A stretch of DNA of 64,000 nt from a candidate division WWE3 bacterium (GTDB lineage: Bacteria; Patescibacteriota; WWE3; 2-01-FULL-39-13): positions 255,298 to 319,297 of the forward strand of contig CALRDH010000001.1 of assembly GCA_943354835.1 (NCBI GenBank). Reading direction: 5' to 3'. A program made the position numbers and the translations under genes. Below the pieces are notes generated by a model. It saw only the letters and a list, made by a program, of their open reading frames with translations. It was not told the DNA's origin and ran no database searches. Shown here in pieces: positions 51,257 through 61,846 of this stretch (position 1 is its first letter; the number at the start of each line of letters is the position of its first letter).

Positions 51257-53389
51257 ATGCAGAAAATCGATATTCTCGACCGTTTGTCAGAAAAAAGTGT
51301 TCAGTTACTTCGTGAATTAAATCCTGATTTATCTGAAATTAAAGACATCAAAGCCGGTGAAGCAATATCTCTTATGTCAAAAGATAGCGAAGAAATTGCA
51401 CAGGTTCTTCGCGAATTAAAAGTCTCATCCAAATCGAAAAAGAAAATAGATATCGCTGATTGGATAATAAACGCATATAGCGAAGCGTATGTTACGGATT
51501 CAAAAACAGTTGAAGTCCAACATTTATTATTATCTTTGCTACTTGGAATTGATGTTCAAAAATATTACCTCGCAAAACGTAAGATTAATCTAAATATACA
51601 AACATCAAGACAGGGCTATCTTACTAAATATGTCGAGGATTTTACTGAAATAGCCAAAAAATCAAAAACATCCATTTTGTACGGAAGATCAAAAGAATTA
51701 ATACACCTTATGGTCAATCTTTCAACCAAGGGGGGTAAGCCGACCTTGCTAATTGGTGGTTCCGGATCTGGAAAAACAACATTAATGAAAGAACTAGCTC
51801 GTAAAATAGTTGAAAATGATGTTCCAGCCGAACTTATAGGATCAAGAATTCTTGGTATAAAACTTTCAGGACTTGTGAATTCACTTCCAATTGAAAACAA
51901 TACATTGCAAAGTGGCATGCTATCGAGCCTTTTTTCAAGTATTGCTGAAATGAATAAAGATCAATATACAAAAACGATTTTGTTTTTTGATGATCTAAAT
52001 TATGGTGTTAATTTTTTTGTAGGGATTGAGTCTGCTTATCTTTCAAATGATATTTTATTTGTTGGTGCAGCAAGAGATGACAACAGTGAAAAGTTTTGGG
52101 AAAGTCCTATTTCAAAGATGTGGAATATCATCTTTTTGGATGATCAAAGCGATAAAGAAGTTAAAGAAATACTTGTGAATTATGGCAAAAAGGTTAAAAA
52201 GAAAAATAATATTGAATTTTCAGCTGATTCTATAGGCAAAATTGTTGAAATAAATAAAACTGATTTAGCGAATGGTGATGTTATGCCTGGTGCAGGAATT
52301 AAGATGATGGATCTTTTGGCAACATACAAAAGACATGTAATTAGCAATTCCTTGGACCTAGATTCTGAATCGAATGTAATTACATCTTTGGATGTTGACA
52401 CCTTTTTTAATGGTCAAAATTTTGATTCAAAGGATAAATCATCAACAAGTAGAATATTGAATGATAAGCTTGAATCCCTCGAAGATTCGATTAAAAAAGA
52501 AATTATTGGTCAGGATAATGCAATTTCTTTATTGGTTAGTTCGCTTAGAGTTTCTAGCCTAAAATTACACAGTGAACCTCGTCCTGTAGGAACTTTTTTA
52601 TTCTTGGGTCCGACTGGAGTTGGAAAAACTCAACTTTCAAAGGTTTTAGCAAGGCAACTTTTTGGATATAAAGAAGGAACAAAAAAACATCCAGATAAAT
52701 TCCTAAGGATTGATATGACAGAATATTCAGAAAAACATTCAGTTTCAAAATTATTTGGCGCGCCACCTGGATATATTGGTTATGATGATGGCGCCTCATT
52801 ATGTGATTTTGTTTCCGAAAATCCTAATTCTATTGTTCTATTTGATGAAATAGACAAAGCTCATCCTGATGTTCTTAATTCTTTGCTTCATATTATGGAT
52901 GAAGCTGAAATAAGAAGTAATACAGGGGATATGGTCTCATTTGAAGAAGTTATTATCTTGATGACAAGCAATCACGGCGCAAATTTAATAAATTCACATG
53001 AAATTGGGTTTTCAAATGATAAAAATACTCATTGGAAAAATGATCTTAAAACTTACTTAAAGAAGCAATTAAAACCAGAATTTTTGAATAGATTTGATGA
53101 AATAATAATATTTGAGCCGTTAGGCGAGGAGTCATTATTAAAGATTACTGATTCTATTGTTAATCCAATTATAAAAAGTTTGTCGGCAAGGAATATAGTT
53201 TTGAAAGTTTCACTCTCGGTAAAGAGATATTTGGTTAAAAAATCAGGTACAGAATATGGTGCAAGAGAACTTAGGCGTGCGATTAACCGTGATTTAATAG
53301 ATCCTATATCAAAAATCATTTTAAGGTCTAAGGATGTTTCAGAAATCAGGGTATCATATAAGAATGGAAATTTATCTTTTGACAGTTAA
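51257..53389 (+). CDS. Clp/Hsp100-family AAA+ ATPase (ClpC/ClpA-like) with degenerate first nucleotide-binding domain
   Basis: D1 Walker A GGSGSGKTT with atypical Walker B. D2 GPTGVGKT, DEIDKAHPDV, sensor GARELRRAINR. Confidence 0.7.
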   Translation: MQKIDILDRLSEKSVQLLRELNPDLSEIKDIKAGEAISLMSKDSEEIAQVLRELKVSSKSKKKIDIADWIINAYSEAYVTDSKTVEVQHLLLSLLLGIDVQKYYLAKRKINLNIQTSRQGYLTKYVEDFTEIAKKSKTSILYGRSKELIHLMVNLSTKGGKPTLLIGGSGSGKTTLMKELARKIVENDVPAELIGSRILGIKLSGLVNSLPIENNTLQSGMLSSLFSSIAEMNKDQYTKTILFFDDLNYGVNFFVGIESAYLSNDILFVGAARDDNSEKFWESPISKMWNIIFLDDQSDKEVKEILVNYGKKVKKKNNIEFSADSIGKIVEINKTDLANGDVMPGAGIKMMDLLATYKRHVISNSLDLDSESNVITSLDVDTFFNGQNFDSKDKSSTSRILNDKLESLEDSIKKEIIGQDNAISLLVSSLRVSSLKLHSEPRPVGTFLFLGPTGVGKTQLSKVLARQLFGYKEGTKKHPDKFLRIDMTEYSEKHSVSKLFGAPPGYIGYDDGASLCDFVSENPNSIVLFDEIDKAHPDVLNSLLHIMDEAEIRSNTGDMVSFEEVIILMTSNHGANLINSHEIGFSNDKNTHWKNDLKTYLKKQLKPEFLNRFDEIIIFEPLGEESLLKITDSIVNPIIKSLSARNIVLKVSLSVKRYLVKKSGTEYGARELRRAINRDLIDPISKIILRSKDVSEIRVSYKNGNLSFDS

Positions 53390-53409
53390 ATTAATTTTAT
53401 TTAAAAAAC

Positions 53410-54690
53410 ATGGCAAGCAAAGTTAAGGAAATTTTTGTTTGCAGAGAATGCGGAAATGAGTCTCCAAGGTGGGAAGGGCAATGTAGAGCATGTAATTCTT
53501 GGAACTCATATGAAATGTCAACGCATGTTTCTTTCGGCAAATCTTCTAAAAATTCTTCAAAAAAATCTCCTAAAAAATTAAATGATATTAATATTCTTGA
53601 GCAAAGCCGTATTTCAACTGGAATTGAAGAACTTGATCGTACTTTAGGTGGTGGTCTAGTTGCAGGACAAGTTATTCTTTTGGGAGGAACTCCAGGTGTT
53701 GGAAAATCAACTCTTTTATTACAACTCGCAGGACTTTTTAGCCAGAAGGTTTTATATGTTTCAGGCGAAGAATCTGAGTCTCAAATAGCACTTAGGTCAA
53801 ACCGCCTTGGAATTTCAAGCGATTTAATTAGTATAATTTCAACTAATTCAATAGATGACGCACTTATTGATATTGGTCAAAAGCTATTGATTATAGATTC
53901 AATTCAAGTTATGGAAAGCCAGGAGATTCCTTCAAGAGCTGGTTCAGTAACCCAAGTTCGTGAATGTGCTGCTAAAATCGTTAATTCGTCAAAAAATAAT
54001 GGTTATGCAACTATAATTGTCGGTCATATTACAAAAGAAGGTTCGATTGCTGGCCCAAAAATTCTTGAGCATATGGTTGATACAGTTTTGTATTTAGAAG
54101 GTGATAAATCTCATTTATTTAGGATGTTAAGAGTTCATAAAAATCGTTTTGGCGACGACTCAGAAGTTGGAATATTTCAAATGCAATCAAATGGATTGTG
54201 TGGTGTTGAAAATCCTGGCAAATTATTACTTGGGGGTGAGGTTTCACCAAAAAGTGGATCGGCAACAGCAATTGTTTTAGAAGGAAGTCGGCCACTTTGT
54301 ATAGAAATTCAAGCTTTAACAACTAAAACGTCATTTGGATATCCGAAGCGTGCAGTAAGTGGATTTAGCTTAAATCGGCTACAGCTTTTGTGCGCTGTGA
54401 TACAAAAGTGCCTAAATATAAACCTAATCGACCAAGATGTTTATGTTAATGTTGCATCTGGATTAAATGTTAAAGAGCCTGCAGTAGATTTAGCTGTTTG
54501 TGCCGCAATCATTTCGTCTTATAAAGGGGTTGCGATTCCAAGAGAGACAGCCTATTTTGGTGAAGTCGGATTAACTGGTGAAATTAGAAAAGTAGTTGCT
54601 TCTGATAGAAGAATTAAAGAGGCAAAGGCCTTAGGCTTTACTAAAATACTCAGTCCCGACAATGTCAAAAATATAGCGTCCGTGCTATAA
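53410..54690 (+). CDS. radA: DNA repair protein RadA/Sms
   Basis: N-terminal C4 zinc finger CRECG…CRACNSW, Walker A GGTPGVGKST, KNRFG motif, Lon-like C-terminal domain. Confidence 0.9.
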   Translation: MASKVKEIFVCRECGNESPRWEGQCRACNSWNSYEMSTHVSFGKSSKNSSKKSPKKLNDINILEQSRISTGIEELDRTLGGGLVAGQVILLGGTPGVGKSTLLLQLAGLFSQKVLYVSGEESESQIALRSNRLGISSDLISIISTNSIDDALIDIGQKLLIIDSIQVMESQEIPSRAGSVTQVRECAAKIVNSSKNNGYATIIVGHITKEGSIAGPKILEHMVDTVLYLEGDKSHLFRMLRVHKNRFGDDSEVGIFQMQSNGLCGVENPGKLLLGGEVSPKSGSATAIVLEGSRPLCIEIQALTTKTSFGYPKRAVSGFSLNRLQLLCAVIQKCLNINLIDQDVYVNVASGLNVKEPAVDLAVCAAIISSYKGVAIPRETAYFGEVGLTGEIRKVVASDRRIKEAKALGFTKILSPDNVKNIASVL

Positions 54691-54722
54691 TTTTTGCATT
54701 ACAGTTCTGCAAAATATATTCA

Positions 54723-55700
54723 ATGGATGATATCAAGATCAAGGTCATAAACTTTATTTCCAATATTTTCTCTAAGGTCTCGGTCTTTTCAACAATAATT
54801 TGGTCGATAGTTGTTGGTTTGGTTGGTTTATATCTTTCTGAATCCATCTATTTTAAAGAGACATATCTATTCAGCGTTCCATTTTTAGGGGAAGTTATTA
54901 TTGCGTGTACATTATTCCTGCTTACGTATTTTTTTGGTAAAGCTTTAGTTACTTCAATAGGCTCTGCTTTTGAGAATTTTGTAATAAAGACTTTTCGAAA
55001 AGTTTTAAATGAGCTTTGGAAAGTACAGTATCCAAGAATACTTGAAGTAATATCAAGGGAAAATAAAGTTGTTTCGGTTGTGGAAGAAAAAAAGGTTTTA
55101 TATAGTCCGTCGCCAATTGTCCTAGATACTTCTACGATAATAGACGGTCGAATACTTGGTGTTATACAGACCGGATTTCTTGATTCCCCAATTATTGTTC
55201 CACAAAACGTTATTGACGAACTTCAGCATATGGCAGATAAAAGTGATGCACTAAAGAGACAAAAAGGTAGGCGAGGACTTGATGCGCTTAAGACGATAAG
55301 AAAATCTATGCCAAAGGGTGTCTTTAGTGTAGTCGATTTGAAGAGCAAGCCTGAAGATGTTGATAAGTCTCTTGTGTCATATTGCAAAAAGCACAATGCC
55401 AAAATTGCAACCGTTGACTACAATTTGAATAAAGCTGCTCAAGTTAGTGGTGTAAAAGTTCTTAATATAAACAGACTCGCGAATGAGATAAAAACAAATT
55501 TATTGCCCGGAGAAGTTATGATTGTAAAACTTGTACAAAAAGGTAAAGAAGGTGATCAGGCCGTTGCGTATCTCGAAGATGGAACAATGCTTGTCGTTAA
55601 GAATGCTTCCGAACATGTAGGGAGTCATAAAGAAGTGCGTGTTGAAAAAGTTTTACAGACAAGTGCTGGCCGTATGATATTTGCGGAATTGAACTTATAA
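54723..55700 (+). CDS. YacL-like membrane protein with PIN and TRAM domains
   Basis: N-terminal TM helices, PIN (IVLDTSTIIDGR…D), C-terminal TRAM-like beta barrel. Gene order clp-radA-yacL mirrors Firmicutes. Confidence 0.7.
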   Translation: MDDIKIKVINFISNIFSKVSVFSTIIWSIVVGLVGLYLSESIYFKETYLFSVPFLGEVIIACTLFLLTYFFGKALVTSIGSAFENFVIKTFRKVLNELWKVQYPRILEVISRENKVVSVVEEKKVLYSPSPIVLDTSTIIDGRILGVIQTGFLDSPIIVPQNVIDELQHMADKSDALKRQKGRRGLDALKTIRKSMPKGVFSVVDLKSKPEDVDKSLVSYCKKHNAKIATVDYNLNKAAQVSGVKVLNINRLANEIKTNLLPGEVMIVKLVQKGKEGDQAVAYLEDGTMLVVKNASEHVGSHKEVRVEKVLQTSAGRMIFAELNL

Positions 55701-56035
55701 AAAATGAAAAGCCCCCGTATTACCGGGGGCCGATATGATATCTACTTCCTAGGACAGGGAAAGGAAGCAGGTATCACTTCAATAAATGAAATCTATCACA
55801 AGCCCATCAAGTGTCAAGTGCGAGTTTTTGCGAAGGCTCGCAAATTGAGTAAATTTGACGTTTTTCGTTGTGGCGACGGCAATATTTAGCGACTAATTTG
55901 TACTCGGCGGTTATTCGCCGGTAGTATTTATTTTGTATGTTGCAATTTGATTATCATGGTGTTAGCATTTCCCTGTTGAATCTCCGAAAAGACAGCTGTG
56001 AATCCTAATAATTATATATTTTAAATTTTAAAAAT

Positions 56036-57274
56036 ATGGCTAAAGATGATGTAACCACAATTCCTTCAGAAGTTGTTGATTATAATGACCTTGTTGGAAA
56101 ACCAGATCCAGATTTTGCTCCTAAACCAAGACCTCAAACAAAAAGACAAGAAGATGATACTTATCCAGTAGATGGAATACTAGAAGTTAAACAAGATTAT
56201 GGAGTATTAAGACAAGACTCTGAACCTAAAGATCCGAACACTCCTAAAGATGTATATGTTGCCCAAACTCAAATTAATAAATTTGGACTTAGAAAAGGTG
56301 ATCGTGTTGAAGGTGTGGCAAGAAAGCCAAAAGAAGGTGAAAGGTATCTTTCACTATTAAGAGTAGACAAAGTAGAAGGTATTGATTCAGAACAAGCCAG
56401 AAATAGGCCGAGATTTGAGAACTTAACTGCTATTCACCCTAATGTAAGATTAAGATTGGAAACTAAAAATGGTGAGCTTACAACAAGGTTCATAGATCTT
56501 TTGGCGCCTATTGGAAAAGGTCAAAGAGGAATGTTAGTTGCTCCACCAAAAGCTGGTAAAACTTGGTTGTTACAGCATATAGCTACTGGTGTTTCAGAAA
56601 ACTATCCCGAAATTACTTTAATAGTCGTTCTGATAGGTGAAAGGCCAGAAGAAGTTACTGAAATGAAAAGAACAGTTAAGGGAGAAGTTTGGGCAAGTAA
56701 CTTTGATGAGTCCGCTCAAGAGCAGGTTGCTGTTGCAGAAACTGCATTAGAAAGAGCAAAGCGATTAGCTGAAAAAGGTCAAGATGTTGTAATTTTGATG
56801 GATTCAATTACTAGACTTGCTCGTGCATATAATATGGTTGAGGCTCCAAGCGGAAGAACTCTAACTGGAGGTTTTGACCCAGCAGCACTTTATCCGCCAA
56901 AAAAGTTTTTTGGAGCAGCTAGAAATTTCGAAGAAGGTGGATCGTTGACCATAATTGCTACAGCCTTAATAAATACTGGAAGCCGAATGGACGATGTCAT
57001 TTTCGAAGAATTTAAAGGTACTGGAAACATGGAGCTTTTCCTTGATAGAAATTTAGCTGAAAGAAGAATTTTCCCGGCTTTTGATATCAAGTTGTCTATG
57101 ACAAGACACGAAGAGCTTTTATATACGAAAAAAGAAGCTGAAAAAGTTTTGACACTACGAAGAATGATTGACCTTCTCGATGATAAAGAAGCAACGCAAG
57201 TTGTAATCGAGAGAATGAGAAAAACAAAAACGAATGAAGAATTTTTGGACTCTCTTTCTAGCGGCAAGATTTGA
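56036..57274 (+). CDS. rho: Transcription termination factor Rho
   Basis: OB-fold RNA-binding region, Walker A APPKAGKT, Q and R loops, Walker B VILMDSITR. Confidence 0.9.
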   Translation: MAKDDVTTIPSEVVDYNDLVGKPDPDFAPKPRPQTKRQEDDTYPVDGILEVKQDYGVLRQDSEPKDPNTPKDVYVAQTQINKFGLRKGDRVEGVARKPKEGERYLSLLRVDKVEGIDSEQARNRPRFENLTAIHPNVRLRLETKNGELTTRFIDLLAPIGKGQRGMLVAPPKAGKTWLLQHIATGVSENYPEITLIVVLIGERPEEVTEMKRTVKGEVWASNFDESAQEQVAVAETALERAKRLAEKGQDVVILMDSITRLARAYNMVEAPSGRTLTGGFDPAALYPPKKFFGAARNFEEGGSLTIIATALINTGSRMDDVIFEEFKGTGNMELFLDRNLAERRIFPAFDIKLSMTRHEELLYTKKEAEKVLTLRRMIDLLDDKEATQVVIERMRKTKTNEEFLDSLSSGKI

Positions 57275-57499
57275 TAAACTACCTTCAATATGAGAATCCC
57301 AATTGTTTCGAGAGTTCTTGAATTTGTCGGTATATTAGGCTCTTTTGGGGTTTCAGTTTTAGATTATCTATCACATAGAGTTGATCAATGGCTTCATTTT
57401 TTGCATATATTTACTTTAAGAAACACTGAACTTTTTGTGAAAGTAAAATTTCAGACAGCTGCTAGGTTTATCTGGTCGGGTGGAAAACTAGAAAGGCGT

Positions 57500-58426
57500 A
57501 TGAGGGGCGTTCTTGTCTTGGTTCTAGGTTGGTTTGTTTTATTTGCTGGAGGTATATTCCAAAGTAATTTAGTGGAAAAGACAGATTCATCTCAATTTCA
57601 ATTTTTAACTTCTACTGGATCAATATTATTAGCTGAAGCGACTGCATCAACTCAATCTGGAGAAAAAGGACTATCTGACAAGCCAATTGATCATATTGTC
57701 AAAGAAGACGAAACAATAGAGTCAATTGGAAAAGCTTATGGTATTTCTGTTGAGTCACTAAAATTCGCCAACAATTTAACAGGGAGTAAATTAAAAGTAG
57801 GAGAGATCCTTGTTATTCCTCCGGTTGAAGGTACATTACACACTGTTAAACGTGGAGATACTATTAAATCACTTTCTAAGAAATATAATGTTGCGACACA
57901 AACTATCGTTGATTTTAACTATTTAGACGCACCGTACGAATTAGCTGTTGGACAAATAATAACAATTCCAGATGCAAAACTTCCTACTACGCAAAAATAC
58001 TACACTCAAGGTGATACTTACGATACTTCATCATATGGACTTATTCCATATGCTGGTAGTGGGACAAAAGGGACTGGTGCGTTTTTATGGCCATTTTCAG
58101 GCATTATTACGCAAGGTTTTCATAAATATCATCCAGCGATTGATATCGCTGCAAATACGGGAAATATTGTCGCTGCGGATAAAGGAACTATAATAAGGGC
58201 TGGTTGGTGGCAGGGTGGATATGGTAATGCAGTTCAGATTGATCATGGAAATGGGTATGTAACTACGTATGCTCATATGAGTGTAATTTCTGTTTCGAAT
58301 GGTCAAGATGTTTCAAAGGGTGAAAAAATTGGTGTTGTGGGTTCAACTGGTAGGTCTACTGGTCCACATGTTCATTTTACGATTCAGCTTGACGGGAAAT
58401 ATATAAATCCTTTATCTGTACTATAG
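57500..58426 (+). CDS. Secreted M23 peptidase with two LysM domains
   Basis: Signal anchor MRGVLVLVLGWFVLFAGG, two LysM repeats, M23 motifs HPAIDI…HMS…GSTGRSTGPHVHF. ORF-track start 57290 adds an implausible 70-aa leader. Confidence 0.85.
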   Translation: MRGVLVLVLGWFVLFAGGIFQSNLVEKTDSSQFQFLTSTGSILLAEATASTQSGEKGLSDKPIDHIVKEDETIESIGKAYGISVESLKFANNLTGSKLKVGEILVIPPVEGTLHTVKRGDTIKSLSKKYNVATQTIVDFNYLDAPYELAVGQIITIPDAKLPTTQKYYTQGDTYDTSSYGLIPYAGSGTKGTGAFLWPFSGIITQGFHKYHPAIDIAANTGNIVAADKGTIIRAGWWQGGYGNAVQIDHGNGYVTTYAHMSVISVSNGQDVSKGEKIGVVGSTGRSTGPHVHFTIQLDGKYINPLSVL

Positions 58427-58464
58427 TTTTGCGTGATTTGTTTGTCACTCTTTGCCATATTGCT

Positions 58465-60699
58465 ATGCATTGCTCTGTAGTGCAAAATGACAACATGGAC
58501 TTCAATAATTCAAACAACCAAACAGTAAATACTAATTCAATTTTGCAAACGGAAAAATTTGTAGATATACATGGAATTATAGAGAATTTATTGTCAGGAA
58601 TGGTCTTTTTGTTGCCGATATTTTTCTTGCCATTTACTGCGGATGCATTTAGCTTAAATAAAGCCTATTTGGTTATGCTCACAGCTGTTTTATCATTGTT
58701 GCTTTTTTTTGTTGATGCGTTTAGAAAAAAGAAACTACAAATTAGATCATTATCATCATATCTTCCTTTTTTTATTATTTTATTGGGAGCTTTGATTTCC
58801 ACCTATTTTTCTACCAATCGAAGAATTTCGATGTTCGGTTATTTTGGTAATTATGAATCTTCATTTATCTTTATTTTTTCATTGGCATTGATCGGATTTG
58901 TCTCATCTAATGTCAAAATTAATTTTTCTAAATTTATCAAATTCTTCTTTAGTGGTGTATCTTTGTCAGTCTTGCTATCTTTAGTTGCTTTTTATCTTAG
59001 ATTTATTCCAGGACTTGGACAAACTGGGAATTCATTTTCTCTCGTTGGAAGTAATCATTTGCTTGTCGGGCTCGAGGTCGTTGTTATCTTAGGATCTTTT
59101 TATAAACTAGGAAACCTAGCAGTAAAGGACCTCAAATCTTCTTTGTTATTCGGGTTTTTCATATCGATTTGTACAATCCATTTACTTATTGTTGGAAATA
59201 TTTTGGCTTTAGCACTTACTTTTATAACAATATTCTATTTGTTTATTACTTCTAAAGTAGATTTCGCGAAGACAAGAAATGTCTTTATGCCGATTGCTGT
59301 TATGGTTATTTTTGTAACATTTGTTAACTATTTTAATGTTACAAGGGAAGTTTTTGGTATTCAGCCATTTCAGGAAGCGCAAAGATTGCCATTGACCGAA
59401 TCGTGGTTGGTATCGATTCAGTCAGTTCGAGATTTCCCATTTACTGGAACTGGGCTTGGTACATTTATTACTGACTTTACGAGGTATCGACCAGCATCTT
59501 TAAATGTTGGTGATGCATGGGAATCAAGATTTGCATTCCCATATAATGATGTATTTTTATGGCTAGCTACTGCTGGGCTCGTCGGGCTTACTTTATACAT
59601 TTTATTTTGGGTTCTAGTAATAAAAGACAGTTTCAAAATCCTTAGAGAAGGAAAAGACAAATATTTTATTTCCTTCATTGTGGTAATCACTTTTATATCG
59701 TTGATGTTTTTTGGTAATAGCGTTCCACTATATGCATTATTATTTATATTGGTTGGAGTTGTTATAAACCATAAAGAATCAAGCTTTATTACATCTTATT
59801 CGTTAGGCTCGATTGGAGCGGCTTCTTTTATTGCGTTTGTTTTGACATCGGTGTTTGGTTATCAAGCATACGGGGTTTACGCAGGACAAGCCAAATTTTT
59901 ACAGAGCCTTGCAACGAATAATGTTAGTGAGAGATATCAATTGCAGTCTGCTGCAATAATGGCGGATAAAACTGAAAGTGTGTATATGAGGTCTTTTATC
60001 GATACTAGTTTATTTGTGGCAAGATCTATTTCCCAAAATGAGAAGCCTACAGAAACTGATATGTCGGACGTTCAGCAATTAGTTTCTAATTCAGTTGAAA
60101 ATGCCAGATTGTTGACTGAAGTTATTAATCCATTAGATGTTTCAAACTGGGAAATGAGAGGACAAGTTTATGATGCGTTGTCAGGTGTTGCAGAAAACGC
60201 TGACCAGTTTGCCACAAGTGCATATACAAATGCTATTAATCTAGAATCAACAAATCCAAGATTATGGTTAAGACTAGGAAGTGTCTATTATAGACAAAAA
60301 GATTATGCAAGTGCTGTTCAGTCATTTTCAAGATCCGTTCAACTCAAGGCTGATTATGCAAATGCTCAATACAACCTTGCTTTTGCTTTAAGAGATTATG
60401 GTGATTTGTCTAATGCTTTGATTAGATTACAGATTGCGAAGCGCTTAGTGTCTGCAGAAAGTGAAGATGGAAAAAGGCTTGATCAGGATATAGCAGAGAT
60501 GGAAAAGTTGATAGAACAAGCAAAAGCTAATTCAAAGATTCAAGAGAATGAACAGGTCAGTAGTGTTCCAGTAGTAGAGACGGTTGAAGAATCGAAGGTA
60601 GAAGAGGTAGTTTCTGAACCATTAACAAATCCAGGCGAACAAGATGTGAATCAGATAGAGCCTATTGTTGATGCCCCTTTAGCGAATCCTCCGGAATAA
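58465..60699 (+). CDS. O-antigen ligase/polymerase-like (Wzy_C) polytopic membrane protein with C-terminal TPR repeats
   Basis: ~12 TM helices with Wzy_C-like loop, TPR motifs in the last ~200 aa. Start uncertain (TTG 58429 or ATG 58465). Confidence 0.6.
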   Translation: MHCSVVQNDNMDFNNSNNQTVNTNSILQTEKFVDIHGIIENLLSGMVFLLPIFFLPFTADAFSLNKAYLVMLTAVLSLLLFFVDAFRKKKLQIRSLSSYLPFFIILLGALISTYFSTNRRISMFGYFGNYESSFIFIFSLALIGFVSSNVKINFSKFIKFFFSGVSLSVLLSLVAFYLRFIPGLGQTGNSFSLVGSNHLLVGLEVVVILGSFYKLGNLAVKDLKSSLLFGFFISICTIHLLIVGNILALALTFITIFYLFITSKVDFAKTRNVFMPIAVMVIFVTFVNYFNVTREVFGIQPFQEAQRLPLTESWLVSIQSVRDFPFTGTGLGTFITDFTRYRPASLNVGDAWESRFAFPYNDVFLWLATAGLVGLTLYILFWVLVIKDSFKILREGKDKYFISFIVVITFISLMFFGNSVPLYALLFILVGVVINHKESSFITSYSLGSIGAASFIAFVLTSVFGYQAYGVYAGQAKFLQSLATNNVSERYQLQSAAIMADKTESVYMRSFIDTSLFVARSISQNEKPTETDMSDVQQLVSNSVENARLLTEVINPLDVSNWEMRGQVYDALSGVAENADQFATSAYTNAINLESTNPRLWLRLGSVYYRQKDYASAVQSFSRSVQLKADYANAQYNLAFALRDYGDLSNALIRLQIAKRLVSAESEDGKRLDQDIAEMEKLIEQAKANSKIQENEQVSSVPVVETVEESKVEEVVSEPLTNPGEQDVNQIEPIVDAPLANPPE

Positions 60700-60704
60700 T
60701 AAAT

Positions 60705-61802
60705 TTACTCAGCGGATTGTTTTTCAAGAAAAACAATCCGCTTATTTTTTAAGTCTTTTATATTTAGAACCATGTCTTTCTTTTCTACAAATTCAACCTC
60801 ATTATTTTTGTTTTTTTCTACTTCTTCTGCTATTGAGTAGATAAGTTTGTCGAGTTGATATCCTGTTGCCGCTGATATAAAAAGGATGTTTTTAACTCCT
60901 TTTGATGTAAATGTTTTCCTAATTTCTTTTTCTTTTTGAAGAACTTCAGGAATATCACATTTATTTATAACAACGATTTCAGATTTTTTAAGAAGTTCAG
61001 TGTTCCATTCACCAAGTTCATTCCTTATGGTTTTATAGTTTTCGTATATCGAATCGATTGGATTATTAAGAATGAAAGATCCATCAAGTATGTGTATTAA
61101 AAGTTTGGTTCTTTCAACGTGTCTTAAAAAATCGTGTCCAAGACCTTTTCCAGATGATGCACCTTCGATGAGTCCGGGAATATCGGCAAGAACAATATCT
61201 TGACTTTCTAATACTCCAAGATTTGGTTCAAGAGTTGTAAATTCGTAAGACGCAGTTTTGGCTTTAGAGTTTGTGAGAATATTTAGAAGTGTTGATTTTC
61301 CGCTATTTGGCATTCCTATAAATCCTGCATCTGCCAATAATTTAAGCTCTAAATTTATTTTCATGATAGGTGTTTTAACACCTGGCGTTGCTTTTCTTGG
61401 CGTTTGGTTAACTGATGATTTGAAATGCCAGTTACCAAGTCCACCTCTACCACCTTTAGAAATTATATATTCTTCATTGTCGTTTGTTAGGTCTCTTAAA
61501 ACTTCGTTATCTTGATTTTTGATTAGCGTGCCTTTTGGAACTCGTATGATTAAATCCTCGCCTTGTTTACCTGTTCTTAGATTTTTCATTCCATCTTGGC
61601 CATCTTGTGCTTTAAATACTCTTTGTCTTCTAAACGCAGATAAAGTATTAATATGATCGTCGACTAAGAAAATTAGATTTCCACCATTGGCACCGTCTCC
61701 ACCCCAAGGGCCACCTTTTGGAATATATTTTTCACGACGAAAGGAAACTATCCCGTCTCCGCCGTCTCCAGATTTTATTGTAATTAAGGCCGTATCTATC
61801 AT
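60705..61802 (-). CDS. obg: GTPase Obg/CgtA
   Basis: Gly-rich Obg fold (IKSGDGGDGIVSFRREKYIPKGGPWGGDG), G1 GMPNSGKST, G3 DIPG, G4 NKCD. Confidence 0.9.
   Translation of the reverse strand: MIDTALITIKSGDGGDGIVSFRREKYIPKGGPWGGDGANGGNLIFLVDDHINTLSAFRRQRVFKAQDGQDGMKNLRTGKQGEDLIIRVPKGTLIKNQDNEVLRDLTNDNEEYIISKGGRGGLGNWHFKSSVNQTPRKATPGVKTPIMKINLELKLLADAGFIGMPNSGKSTLLNILTNSKAKTASYEFTTLEPNLGVLESQDIVLADIPGLIEGASSGKGLGHDFLRHVERTKLLIHILDGSFILNNPIDSIYENYKTIRNELGEWNTELLKKSEIVVINKCDIPEVLQKEKEIRKTFTSKGVKNILFISAATGYQLDKLIYSIAEEVEKNKNNEVEFVEKKDMVLNIKDLKNKRIVFLEKQSAE
60711..60750 (+). terminator. Rho-independent terminator for the Wzy_C/TPR gene, overlapping the 3' end of convergent obg
   Basis: AGCGGAUUGUUUUU-CAAG-AAAAACAAUCCGCU followed by UAUUUUUU. 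Confidence 0.5.
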
Positions 61803-61846
61803 GCAATAAGTATACAGGATTCTGAGTGGGATATTCTAATTAATAA

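Noticed and set aside
55704-55889. 61-aa ORF in the rho leader
   Set aside because: It overlaps the GC hairpin, has no RBS-like context and is very short. It is more likely a non-coding leader.
56890-57288. 132-aa ORF antisense to the rho 3' end
   Set aside because: It is antisense within rho.
57290-57499. 70-aa N-terminal extension of the M23/LysM peptidase ORF
   Set aside because: There is no signal peptide at that start. A textbook signal anchor follows ATG 57500.
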